Assembly (NCBI RefSeq): GCF_001447785.1
Contig: NW_015173122.1
Span: 755,541-819,540 of the forward strand
Origin: Gekko japonicus
Taxonomy: Eukaryota
Direction of reading: 5' to 3'
Length of the DNA: 64,000 nucleotides
Shown: positions 38,601-49,342 of the stretch, one piece after another
Numbering within the stretch: position 1 is the first letter of the stretch
Layout of the letters: the number at the start of each line of letters is the position of its first letter
Position numbers and translations under genes: made by a program
Notes under the pieces: model-generated
The model's input: only the letters and a program-made list of their open reading frames with translations
What the model was told of the DNA's origin: nothing
Databases searched by the model: none

Positions 38601-41600
38601 TCCTTTCCCTTCGCTTGTCATGATGAATTCCTGAGGAGGTGGTCTGTTGTGGGACTGCATGGGGGTAGTAGCCATAACCGTTTCTTAAGCTGTGCCCCAG
38701 GAGTTGGTTCTCATGAGATCAACCTTGGAGACTCTTTTGCCTAGCTGGGTTACATAGGGCACCATATATCTGTTTGTGTTGCCATATAAATGCCCGGGGG
38801 GGGGGGGAGGTGTGACATATGCGTGTGTGGGGTTTTGTGCTTTTACCTATAACCTGTGATTTCCCGCGGTTTTCTTCAGTCCTAACAAAAGCTCTTGCAC
38901 CTACAGCAAGCATATCTCTAATAAAGCATTTCACTGCCAATAGTGTGTGTGGAGAGTGTCTTAGCTGGGGACCTGACAACTCCAGGGGTCCCCAAGAGTC
39001 CTAAACCCTTCCATCTTGTCAAATCCAGCCTTGAATTCCTACTTTGCCACAGACGCTTGCTGGGTGACCCAGGGCCAGTCACACACTGCCAGTTTAACCC
39101 ACCTCACAGGGTTATTATGAGGATGCAATGGAGGAGAGGAGAACAATGTGAGCCCCTTAGCAGTGTTCCCTCTAAGCTGAGCTCACAGTTTTTTAGCCTC
39201 CAGCTCACAGATTTTTGTCTTAGCTCAGGAAGGATGGCTCCAGAACAAGCCAATTTATGTAGCAGCCAAATTGCTGGCTCACAACTTTCATGCCAGTGGC
39301 TCACAAAGTAGAATTTTTGCTCACAAGATTCCATAGCTTAGAGGGAACGTTGGGTCTCCACCTGGGGAGAAAGGTGGGGTGTATGAACTACCCTCCTCCT
39401 CAGGCAGGAGGACAGCACTGAGCAGGCCTGTTCCACAGCTGGACCCTCCATCTTATTGGGATATTTGGGGAGTATGGCAGAGTTTTGCCCAGTCACAGAA
39501 GCGTGATCCTGCGTGCAGTCAATAAAGCTCCCAAGAAGTATATTGCAAAAAAGGTAAATTTACACTTATTCAAGTAGATTCAGTTCACATTCAGGTTGCA
39601 GGTGGAAGAAGAAGAAAAAGAAGGAAGAGGAGATTGGATGTATACCCCATGGCCCTTCACTACCCGAAGGAGTCTCAGAGTGGCTTACAATCGTCTTTCC
39701 CTCCCCCTCCCCACAACAGACACCCTGTGAGCAGTGTTCCCTCTAAGCTGAGTTAGTGTGAGCTAGCTCACAGTTTTTTAGCCTCCGGCTCACAGATTTT
39801 TGTCTTCGCTCAGGAAGGAGGGCTCCAGAGCAAACTCATTTATGCAGGAGCCAAACCGCTCGCTCACAATTTTAATGCCAGGAGCTCACAAAGGAGAATT
39901 TTTGCTCACAAGACTCCGCAGCTTAGAGGGAACATTGCAGGCTGTGAGGTGGGTGGGGCTGAGAGAGCTCTCCCGAGAACTGCCCTTGAGAGAACAGCCC
40001 TGAGAGAACTTGTGACCAACCCAAGGTCACACCAGCGGCGGCATGTGGAGGAGTGGGGAATCAAACCCGGTTCTCACAGCTTATAGAGTCTGCGCCCCTA
40101 ACCACTACACCAAACTGAAAGAGAAGCCTAATCCAAAGAGTACTTTCCCTTTCACAAATGGCCAGCTAATCCAGCATCATGTGCGTGGACGTAGGAGGGA
40201 ACTGTAACCGCGGGAGAGACCTGCAGAGACATGTGTCCCCAGGGAAGGCCATGTGCTGAAGTGAGAGGACAAAAACAGCAAGCGTCAGAGAGCAGTTCCC
40301 AGGTTAAGACAAAGAGGCATCCCATTCAAGGAGATAAGACCAGTACATGCTTAGAGTAATGTAGCACCCCCCACAATGTCCAGGCGTGCTGAATCGCTCA
40401 CTCCAACACATTCTCAGCGACCACAGCCTTCAGCCACATGGGGACCCCTGGGACCCCAAAACTGCAGGCCCTGGCAAGAAATGCGTGGGGGGGAATGCGG
40501 CAGATTTCACAGCTGCATGGGACTTTCAGTCCATAAATAACCAACTTCCTGCTTTGCATACTCCCCCTCCCTCAAGTGAAACTCACGTGTAATACAGTTG
40601 GCCCCAAAGAAGCCAGGCTTGCAACGGCAAAGACCAGGTCCCACGCATACTTCCTCTTCTTGGCACGCAGAGTCTCCTTCGCAAACGGCTGGCAAGGGCA
40701 CAAGAAGACGCGTGGAGGTGTCAGGGCTCTGGTCATGTTGGCATGAAGAGCCCAGCCACGACTGGGCCCTGTGCACCGATTTCCTCATTTGCCCAGGCCA
40801 GCAGCTGGCTAGAGTCTAGGGCTGCCAATTCCCAGGTGGGGCCTGGGGCTCTCCCAGCATTACAACTGATAAAAAAGGAAGTAGTTCTTCACCCAAAGAG
40901 CGATTAACACATGGAATTCACTGTCACAGGAGGTGGCGGCGGCTACAAGCATGGATGGCTTCAAGAGGGAACTGGATAAACATATGGAGCAGAGGTCCAT
41001 CAGTGGCTGTTAGCCACAAGGTATAGATAGGAACGCTCAGTCTGGGGCAAGGGATGCTCTGTATTCTTGGTGCTTGGGGGGGGGGGCAACAGGGGGAGGG
41101 CTCCTAGTGTCCTGGCCCCACTTCTGGACCTCCTGATGGCACCTGGTATTTTGGGCCACCGTGTGACAGAGTGTTGGACTAGATGGGCCATTGGCCTGAT
41201 CCAACACTGGCTTCTCTTATGTTAACTGCTGACCAGGCTGGAGAGATCGCTTCACCCTTGAGAAAAATGACTGCTTTGGAGGGTGGGCTTCATCTGGTTC
41301 CTCCCATTGCCCTCTCCAGGCTCCACCCCCAAATCTCCAAGAATTTCCCAACTGCTCTATCCCACTAGAATCCGGCTTCTCCCACCATCCCTCAGGAACC
41401 ACCTTTTCAAGCCTGGCTTAGGCTGAATGCGAGGCAGAGGAGAGGAAAGTGGGGGGGGGGAGACAATAGAAAAGAGAGATGGACAGAGGGGGACCAAAGC
41501 CCCCACACTCACCCACTGTGCACTCTCGGCCTTCTTGCTTCCAGCCAGAGCAACAGGTGAGAACGTGGGTGTGGCTGGCAAGGACAAGAGAGAGGGGGGG

Positions 41601-43358
41601 AGTCACAAACCCCCTCTTTATTCTAGCCCCACAACTGCTGCTTGGAGGAGAACCACCAACATGGCACTTTGCCAGCTCCAGGTGTTTGATGACCACACTC
41701 GCCCCCCCCCCCCCATGCTCACTCAAGAAACCGCAATTCCTATTCCAGGGGCTCTGCCGGTTGGTGCCTTCTTCCTGATTATTAGGGCTGCCAACCTCCA
41801 GGTGGTGGCTGGAGATCTCCCGCGATTACAACTCATCTCCGGGCGACAGAGATCAGTTCCGTCGGAGGAAATGGCGGCTTTGGAAGGTGGACTCTATGGC
41901 ATTAGACCCCACTGAAGCCCCTCCCCTCCCCGAACCCTGCCCTCCTCAGGCTCCACCACCGAAATCTACAGTTATTCCCCCTCCCCCAGAGCCGGCAGCC
42001 CTACTGTTTATTGCGGAAGGTCCCAAACATTTCATTTCTCGCTTGTGCTCTTGAAAAAAGTGACCGCAAAGTCCCGCAAAGCAGGAGAACTTTGATAAGA
42101 GCCGAGGTGTCAGTTCAAAGCGAAACATCACGCTCAGCTCTTTGGTAAGGTCACAAAAAAAAAACACTAGTAGAAAAGGGTTTTATATGCTTTTTGGAAC
42201 TTTGAAACGGAGCATACCTGGACTGACACAGACCGGTAGGAAACGCAGCACAAAAGGAAGCACAGAAAATGAAGTTTGGGGACCCCACCACCAAACAGGC
42301 AGCACAGCATCACACACAACCCCAGACCTCCCCCAAAGCTCCCCCTGCTTGTCCTCCAGAGTAGGCGATTCACCACCCAGGCTGTGCCTAGGGCAGGAGC
42401 TGCCCAGTGATCTCCCAGAATTACAATCTGTAATTCTGTAGGGTTGCCAGATCTGGGTCGGGAAATCCCTGGAGATTTGGGAGAGAGGGTCTGGGGAGGA
42501 TAGGGACTTCGGGGGGGGGNNNNNNNNNNNNNNNNNNNNNNNNNNNNNNNNNNNNNNNNNNNNNNNNNNNNNNNNNNNNNGAGGAGGAGGAGGAGGAGGA
42601 GGAGGAGGAGGAGGAGGAGAAGATTGGATTTATACCCCGCCCTTCACTACCCAAAGGAGTCTCAGAGCGACTTACAAACTCCTTTCCCTTCCCCTCCCCA
42701 CAACAGACACCCTGTGAGGTGGGCGGGGCTGAGAGAGCTCTGACACAAACTGCTCTTTTTCAAGGACAGCTGTGCCAGAGCTTGTGACTGACCCAAGGTC
42801 ACATCAGCAGGTGCAAGTGGAGGAGTGGGGAATCAAACCCGGTACTCCCATATTAGAGTCCGCACACTTAACCACGACACCAAAGCAGCCATGTTCTCCT
42901 GGGGAACTGATCTCTTTCCCCGGGAGATCAACTGCACTCCCAGACCTCCAGCCACCACCTTGAGATGGGCAACCAGAATTACAACCGATCTCCAGACTAC
43001 AGAGACGCGTTCCCTTGGAGGAAATGGCCCCTTTGGAGGGTGGGCTCTGCGTCATTCTACCCTGCGGAGGTCCCTCCCCTCCCCAAATCCTGCCCTCCCC
43101 TGGCTTTTCACTGCCATATTTCCAGGAATTTCCCAGCCTGGAGTTGGCCGCCATAGCCTGTGCCTCCCCCCCACCCCCAGGGACCAGGCAGCTCAACTCT
43201 GTTCTCAGCCCAGGGTCATCCTAATGCGACTGCCGCCACCGGGCCTACCTGCCTTACCCGCAGACATGTTTCCCATTGGGGTCCAGCTCAGAGGCATACG
43301 TCCCAGTCCTTGGGCCCTGGACTTGCAAGAAGAGAACCAAGAAGAGCAGCGACTCCAT
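25864..43358 (-). CDS. SCARF1: SCARF1 (scavenger receptor class F member 1, SREC-I), complete 11-exon gene model, 2442 nt / 813 aa
   Basis: Exons 43258-43358, 41513-41574, 40587-40688, 36253-36778, 34925-35143, 33191-33319, 32992-33095, 32724-32841, 30299-30423, 28738-28872, 25864-26684. All introns are GT-AG with consistent phases. Signal peptide, EGF-like repeats, one TM helix, tail with AIPRTSSIAKAKRPSVSFAEGT and C-terminal YENV. Flanked by SLC43A2 and RILP. Confidence 0.95.
27214..27561 (-). mobile_element. Sauria-type SINE
   Basis: Reverse-complement copy; TSD tgagcccagcagagg on both sides. Confidence 0.85.
27809..28735 (+). mobile_element. CR1 LINE 3' fragment with nested MITE (27971-28176)
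   Basis: [61 protein letters not shown]; tcttatgttcttatgt tail. Confidence 0.93.
27971..28176. mobile_element. About 200-bp hAT-type MITE, TIR CAGTGTTCCCTCTAAGCTG (other copies 3454-3649, 8356-8561, 14433-14637, 23360-23546, 37481-38089, 38314-38497, 39161-39352, 39732-39937, 47785-47991, 51602-51807)
   Basis: TIRs with 8-bp TSDs: gttggaac here, cccaccac at 47785, gttgcgat/gtcgcgat at 51602. Confidence 0.9.
28738..28872 (-). CDS. SCARF1: SCARF1 exon 10
   Basis: VSHHDAEIPFTPSFLEPPSAAWPMDSSFSDTDEDEAPACHLPTDA; 135 nt; donor CAG|gtacat abuts a CR1 tail. Confidence 0.88.
30299..30423 (-). CDS. SCARF1: SCARF1 exon 9
   Basis: VAAADGDPVSQVKHHVQGALANLHSTFPCFSLGGYKLPRVT; 125 nt; ctag| and |gtgaga. 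Confidence 0.92.
30620..31097. repeat. Tandem repeat, about 5 units of 95-98 bp
   Basis: aaaatcctttcatgtagaaatctagcctgc...ttttgtgcatggagagacattcc recurs near 30620, 30718, 30816, 30913 and 31008. Confidence 0.92.
32724..32841 (-). CDS. SCARF1: SCARF1 exon 8 (transmembrane helix, Cys-rich juxtamembrane segment)
   Basis: GKRQEVLLAGILTPLLLLLLCICCCFCCRSAPMATND; 118 nt; donor AG|gtactt. Confidence 0.9.
32992..33095 (-). CDS. SCARF1: SCARF1 exon 7
   Basis: CNQTCPDGFYGPNCSEVCHCPGGLCHPSSGACQW; 104 nt; donor |gtaagt. Confidence 0.93.
33191..33319 (-). CDS. SCARF1: SCARF1 exon 6
   Basis: CDLPCPPGLFGKGCLLVCPSCFNGSCDPVSGACVCQPGYRGT; 129 nt. Confidence 0.93.
33552..34957. repeat. Minisatellite, 20 units of 69/71 bp, made of the SCARF1 exon-5 3' end, its splice donor and the intron start
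   Basis: Unit starts (cctagg) at 33552, 33621 ... 33966 (69 bp), 34037, 34108, 34179, then 34248 ... 34887 (71 bp). Every unit contains ccctacctg. Confidence 0.97.
34925..35143 (-). CDS. SCARF1: SCARF1 exon 5 (EGF-like)
   Basis: CGHCKQRQPCSPVDGFCLACDAGWNGTRC...CHPQTGECRNCEPGFRGA; 219 nt; acag| and |gtaggg. Confidence 0.93.
36253..36778 (-). CDS. SCARF1: SCARF1 exon 4 (EGF-like repeats)
   Basis: RCPDEYWAPDCKERCLCYPYGKCDPASGEC...PAGTFGLQCRY; 526 nt; gcag| and |gtgagt. Confidence 0.95.
36875..37190 (-). mobile_element. L2-like LINE 3' end (related remnant at 62545-63240)
   Basis: Both sites share ggccctgcggaactg and tgagggcggctt..tttatt termini. Family assignment is from recalled similarity. 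Confidence 0.5.
37656..38072. mobile_element. hAT (Charlie-like) non-autonomous element, TIR CAGGGGTGTC(G/A)AAC
   Basis: 8-bp TSD gcttagag; nested in the 37481 MITE. Confidence 0.9.
38546..38978 (+). mobile_element. Solo LTR
   Basis: TGTCA...TGACA ends, 5-bp TSD actcc, TATAAA at 38785-38790, AATAAA at 38920-38925. Confidence 0.85.
40587..40688 (-). CDS. SCARF1: SCARF1 exon 3 (EGF-like)
   Basis: AVCEGDSACQEEEVCVGPGLCRCKPGFFGANCIT; 102 nt; ccag| and |gtgagt. Confidence 0.94.
40870..41222 (+). mobile_element. CR1 LINE 3' fragment
   Basis: Same subfamily as 28380-28735. Confidence 0.88.
41513..41574 (-). CDS. SCARF1: SCARF1 exon 2
   Basis: HTHVLTCCSGWKQEGRECTV; 62 nt; ccag| and |gtgagt. Confidence 0.92.
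43258..43358 (-). CDS. SCARF1: SCARF1 exon 1 (signal peptide)
   Basis: MESLLFLVLFLQVQGPRTGTYASELDPNGKHVC; 101 nt; donor GG|gtaagg. Confidence 0.92.
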
Positions 43359-44249
43359 CGTCTTGGTGGGGCCCCCCGAACAGGACTCCCTGCTCGCCGC
43401 AGCAGCCTCCCTCTCGAGCTGTGCCTCTCCCTCCCATTTCCTCCTGGGTTTTTCCTGAGGAAGTCAACTGGGAACTTGGGGGGAGACAGGATGTACACTC
43501 TGGGCCCTCGGCTATTCTTAGGCGAGGCACTAGCAGAGACTCATGGCCCCTGGCTATGAGGTAAAACTGCGGCTTCTGTGGATAGTCTCTTGGGGATAAG
43601 ATCAGGAGGCTGAGACCGGGTTGTGGAGGCCCTGGCTTCCTTAACTCCCCGGGGGCCACCTCCATAATCCTATCTCGTTCCCGCCAGCGAGTGAGGAAAG
43701 CTCCTTGCCCCAGTGGACCTCCCCTTCACTATCAATGCCAGTCATGGAGACATGAGGAAAGCACTTTGGTCATGCTCAGAGGCCCTTCCTTAATGATTAT
43801 GACAAATGCTTCACGCCCTCCTGCAACTTCAGATGGTGAGCATAGATAGGTGTGGCACTCCTCACTCTTCAAGGAGCCATGCAGTGCCACAAGGGGCGGC
43901 TGGGCATTCCGGGCAGATTTTTCCTGCTCTCTTCCTTTTCAAATGCTCCACCAAAACAAATTTCACAGGAAACACCTTTTTCCTGCTCCAAGGGATGCTT
44001 CATTCAAAGGGGGGGCTGCTGGTCAGAACTGAAGCAGGGGCCCCTCCTACAAACCTCAGGCATTTCTGCACTGCAGCCTTGAACAATTGGAGTGATAATT
44101 TGCTTTGCACAGGAAACGCTGTGAATTGTGGTTCTGTGAAAGTGTAACACAGAATTCATAGATCCCCTTGGAAGGGGAGCTCCACACACCTTCCACAATG
44201 GCCCCCAAGCACCAGTGCACCTTGGGAAATCTGCAGCCCAGCACTCTAT

Positions 44250-44920
44250 GGGTGCGTTCAGACGGGGCGTTTCAGCCGGCATAAACTGTACCAGTTGGAA
44301 CCGGTGCTGTTTATGCCGGCTGAAACGCGATCACACTCACCTCCTGTCTGCGGAGCCCATTGCTGTATGCCCATCCACACGCTGCAGGCATCAGCGTTTG
44401 TTTTTTAAAACTTAGTTTGAGCATGCGCATAGGCAGCCATCCACAGAATAGCAATCTTTGCGCATGCGCAAAAAACCCCGTCTGACATTTAAACTTTAAA
44501 GGTAAGGACTTACCTTTAAAGTTTAAAGAGTAAAGTAGCCTCCCTGAGGTCCCGGACTCCTCCGAAACGCTAAACTAAGGCCCTTTTCTTTTTTAAAAAA
44601 AACAAACGCCAGGGCGAAGCTTCGCCCAAGCGCATATCGCCAACCTTTTTTTAAAAAATGGCGGGCGAAAATCAGAAGCCTCAGGCTTCCGAACGGAAGT
44701 GGCTAGACACCAGTGGAGAGTGATCAGACGGGGGGTAAAGCGATTACAACCGTTGTACTCAGGATACCACCACTTGGGGACCTAGTGGCAGAGTACAACG
44801 GTTTAAAGGGCTTTGCAACGGTTAGGGACGGAAGGCAGATGTTCTACATGTGGACGCCGGTAAGTACACCGATTGCAACCCGCACCTATACCGTAGCAAA
44901 CGCCCCGTCTGAACGCACCC
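44250..44920. mobile_element. PIF/Harbinger-like non-autonomous element
   Basis: Perfect 23-bp TIR GGGTGCGTTCAGACGGGGCGTTT; 3-bp TSD tat; CpG-rich. Confidence 0.85.
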
Positions 44921-44929
44921 TATGAATAG

Positions 44930-45570
44930 TAGAAAAGAGCCAGAGTCCAGTAGCACCTTAAAAGACTAAGAAAATTTGTAGCAGGGTCGGAGCTTGTGTG
45001 AGTCACTGCTCACTTCTTCAGATAACAGCAAGAACGTGAGTCCACCTGTCCTATATATTGGAAAGTGGAGTGATTTCAGATGACAAATGACATTAGCAGG
45101 CAACTGACAATAGAAGGCGTGATTGGATTAGGTGATATGCAGAGGGACAGCAGGCCTGGAGAAATCAGACAGGAAACCTAGGACTGGATTTCAGTCCAGG
45201 TGGATACATTGTACTGAGCTTCATTATCAGTTGCCATTCTGCAACTGATAAATCCAGACAAATCCAGACCTTAAATCCAGACCTAGGTTTCCTGTCTCAT
45301 TACGGATGCTGATTTCTCCACGCCTACTACTCCTCTGCATATCACACCTAATCCGATCACCCCTCTGCATGTCGCATCTAATCCAATCACGCCTGCTATT
45401 GCCATTTGTCTGCTAATGTCATTTGCCATCCAATATACAGGACAGATGGACTCACACTGTAGTTGTATCTGAAGAAGTGAGCAGTGACTCACGAAGCTCA
45501 TCCCCTGCCACAAATTTGGACCCTTGCTCTTTTTTACTGCTACAGACAGACTAACACAGCTACCCATCTT
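44930..45570. mobile_element. Penelope-like retroelement remnant, inverted (fold-back) arrangement
   Basis: Arms gagtcactgctcacttcttcagata / tatctgaagaagtgagcagtgactcac with a CTGAAGAAG..CGAA hammerhead-like core. Shorter relatives at 4195-4325, 15925-16130, 29790-29940 and 51360-51500. Confidence 0.65.
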
Positions 45571-46212
45571 GATCTAACTCTTTGAATAGTTCAGATAAGA
45601 AGGTGTGTGCCACGGGACCATATTTACTTATACCCCACTTTTCTCCTGAAGTGACTTGCATCTTTTTATCCTCAGAACAACCCTGTGAGGCAGATTAGGC
45701 TGAAAGAGAGTGACTGACCCCAGGTCAATCAGCAAGATTCCACAGCAGAGTCGGAATTCGAACCTGGGTTTCTCAGATCCTAGATTAGAGTCTGCACTCT
45801 TAGCCACTACACCAAATTCCTATGCTCCCTAAACCCTGCCCTCTTCAGGTTCCACCCCCAAAACCTCCAGGCAACATTATGGTGACTACTGACTACTAGC
45901 CAAACCTCAGTGGTGCCAACTGTCTTCCAGAATCAGGCTCCATGGAGAAGACCCAACAGCCAGGTAGACACAGTTGCAATGAAGGAGGGCAAGTCTCGAC
46001 TCAGGGGCTACGCCCCGTGCCCCAATAAATGCATCCTTCCATGTGGGGGGGGGGGAGCCCAGGAGGTGAAGGTTGGAGAGCAAGGATTGCTGGGAGGAAT
46101 GGGAGTGGGTGGCAGTCACAGTGCTACTGGGAAATAGAGATGGGGGGTCGCTGGTCAGAATGACTAGTGTGTGGGATGACAAACGAAGGACCCAAGTATG
46201 AAGGGAGACACA

Positions 46213-46943
46213 GGGTGCGGTCAGACAGGCCGTTTAGTCTGCTTTCGGCACGCTTCAGTAACGGATTTTATATCCACGTTCACACACCCAACATCTGCGC
46301 ACCGTCCCCAGCCGTCGCTTTCCGGCTCAAACCCCCTTTAGAACGGAGTATTTTGTTACCAGGTCCCCAAGTGGTGTTTTCATGATTATCCGGTTCTAGC
46401 CACACTTTTCTGACATCTGATCGCTCCTGCGGCGTTGAGCCGGTTTAAATCCCCTCCCTGCTCGAAAGCTGCCCGAGGCTTCCGCTTTTCGCCCGCCATT
46501 TTTTTTAATGCGTTGGCGGTGCGCACATAGGCGGAGCGCCGCCACCGCGTTTAGAAAACCGACATTTAAACGGTCACTTGGTTTAGCGTTTAGATGAGTT
46601 CGGGATCTCATGGAGGCCATTTTTGGGGTCAAACATTTAAAGGGGAGTCTTTTGTTGGAGGGGTTGGATTGATTCGCCCTGGTGGCTCTGCGCATGTGCC
46701 ATGGTAGTTTCCCCCCCTCTATGGAGGGGCGCCTATGCGCATGCGCAAACTGAGGGAAAAAATGTTTTAAATCTGCCAACACACGCTCCCGCACGTCAGT
46801 AGTATAGACGCCAGGGAGCGACGTGACTGCGCGGTGAGGAGGGATAAGGGAGGTAAGTGCGATCGCGATTATCCAGATCAAATATAATCCGGTTAGAACC
46901 GGAGCGGTTTAACCCGCTCTCAGCACGCCGTTTGACTGCACCC
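46213..46943. mobile_element. PIF/Harbinger-like non-autonomous element (related, opposite orientation)
   Basis: TIR GGGTGCGGTCAGAC / gtttgactgcaccc; 3-bp TSD aca. Confidence 0.8.
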
Positions 46944-48583
46944 ACAGTGAAAGCAGAGAAGTATTGAATAAATCCAACTGACACCCACAAAATAAAAATT
47001 GAGAATATAGTGAAAATTGAACAGAAATATCACATTACAGCCAGTATCTCACTATTCAGACAACGTATCAACATGAAAAACATGCATCAAAGAAGACAGG
47101 CATCTATGGACCTCTACAATAAGACCATACGTAGAAGAGATTGGAACAAATATGGGATAAAATAACATTTGCTAGCAAGTTGTTTTGACATACAGTCTTC
47201 CTCAGACCCAAAATACGTTCCTCTCTTGTCTCATTGTAACCAACCCACGTGTTGAAAGACCCTTATAATGAGACCACCTGGAAATACAAGAGACTGAATA
47301 TTCAACTCCACACTTGGGGAGGGCTGTGGCTCAGTGGCAGAGCATCTGCTTGGCAGGCAGAAGATCCCAAGTTCATTTCCCAGCATCTCCAGTTAAAAGG
47401 ACCAGGCAGCAGATAATGGGAAAGACCTCAGCCTGAGACCCTGGAGTGCTGCTGCCAGTCTGAGTAGACAATACTGAGCGTGTTGGACCAATGGTCTGAT
47501 TCAGCAGTAGGCCGCTTCATGTATGTGTTCATGAGCTGCCTTGCTGCACAGTCTTCTTGCCCTCCTCTGTTCAGCTGGGGATGGACTCTATGGCATTATA
47601 CCCTGCAGTCCCCCCCCCTTAGGCTCCACATCTAAATCTCAAGGAATTTCCCAAACCAGAGGTGGCAAGCCTAACAACCTATGGTCTGGCAGAGCCGTGT
47701 TGTGCGGCCCACAGCCCCTCCTATGAGGCTGGGGGAGGGAGGCACCATGTGTCAATGTCTTGACCCTCCCTCAGCCCCCACCACCAGTGTTCCCTCTAAG
47801 CTGAGTTAGTGTGAGCCAGCTCACAGTTTTTTTAGCCCCCGGCTCACACATTTTTGTCTCAGCTCAGGAAGGATGGCTCCAGAACACACTAATTTATGCA
47901 GCAGCCAAATCACCTGCTCACAACTTTAATGCTGGTAGCTCACAAAGTAGAATTTTTGCTCACAGGACTCTACAGCTTAGAGGGAACATTGCCCACCACC
48001 CTGCACCTCCCCCCCCACATACACACTGTGCAAGGTGGCAAGTAATTACCTCTTCCATCTCAGGTGTTCTCTGGGCCGAGACCATGTTCTGACCACCCTC
48101 CTGGAATTCCCCCATTGCATCCCAGGTGGTCTGCAATAGAAAAAAGGGAAATAACTTGGGGGAGGTGGGGTTAAAAGGCTGCCTCTCAGCCCAGAGAACA
48201 GCCCTGGAACAGTTCTGGGTCATCATGCAGCCAGGTACCCTTAGGGTTGCCAACTCCAGGTAGAGAAATACCTGGAGATCTTGGTGGCAGTTCCTGTGGA
48301 GGACAGACTTTGGGAAAGGCAGGACCTCAGCACGGTACAAGACCATAAAGTCCACCCTCCAAAGCAGCCGTGTTCTCCAGGGCAACTGATCTCTGTAGTC
48401 TGGAGATCAGTTTTAATTCTGGGAGATCTCCAGGCCCCACCTGGAGGTTGGCAACATTACGCCAGGATGCCCTGGCAAGCTAGCTCCTGCCAAGGCCTGG
48501 TATGGCCCCTGGAACTGCCTGAGTGGCAGTCCCCTGCCCTGTCCTGGACTCTTTGGTTTGTGCTGTAGGTTGCCACTCTAAGG

Positions 48584-49342
48584 CAGGGGTGTCAAACATG
48601 CGGCCCGGGGATCGGATCAGGCCCCCGGAGGGTTCCCATCAGGCCCACAGTGGAACTGGCCATCTCCTGCTTCCAGTTCTGCTGCTGCTGCTGCTGCATC
48701 ATAGTGTGCTTCGCCGGATTCTCTTAATCACTCAGCCATTTCATGTTGTAACCTGGGTCCTAGACTCAGAACTCTGAGCATGAGATTTCTGCGGTGAATG
48801 TCAATAAATCAAAAGTAGGTTTGCAGCTTACAGAGCTAATGTTTTAAGCAGGGCTATTTTTGGGCAGGAACGCACAGGAACGGAGTTCCGGCTGGCTCCT
48901 GAGTTGGCCACGCCCAACAGGAACTCATTAGCATAATAGGCCACACCCAACAGCAGAAACTCATTAGGATTGGCTACATTAGGGGTGTGTGGCCTAACAT
49001 GCAAAGGGCCTTTTGCTACAAAAAAGGCCCTGGGTTTTGACAACAAACAAGGTAAACAGAACAACAAGCAAAAGGTGGGTGTGGCTGGATATGCTAATGA
49101 GTTTCTGCTGTTGGGTGTGGCCTATTATGATAATGAGTTCCTGCTGGGCTTTTTCTTCAAAAAGAGCCCTGGTTAAGCATGTTTTTATTTTAAGTTAAAA
49201 AAACCCACTTTGTGTTTGTGTCCTTTATAAAGTTTATATCTCCGCTACCTGGCATTACATTTTATGACACACATGGCCCGGCCCAACAAGGTCTCATTTA
49301 TGTCAGATCCGGCCCTCATAATAAATGAGTTCGACACCCCTG
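48584..49342. mobile_element. hAT (Charlie-like) element with nested CAGGGCT element (48849-49171)
   Basis: 8-bp TSD ctctaagg; reverse-orientation relative of 37656-38072. Confidence 0.9.

Noticed and set aside
25864-43358. Alternative identity as SCARF2, MEGF10 or PEAR1
   Set aside because: The ELDPNGKHVC N-terminus, the tail motifs, the C-terminal YENV and the SLC43A2/RILP neighbours all fit SCARF1.
47175-47208. Minus-strand CUGAGGA AGAC..GUC AAAAC hammerhead-like string
   Set aside because: The GAAA core is mutated and there is no convincing stem I or III.
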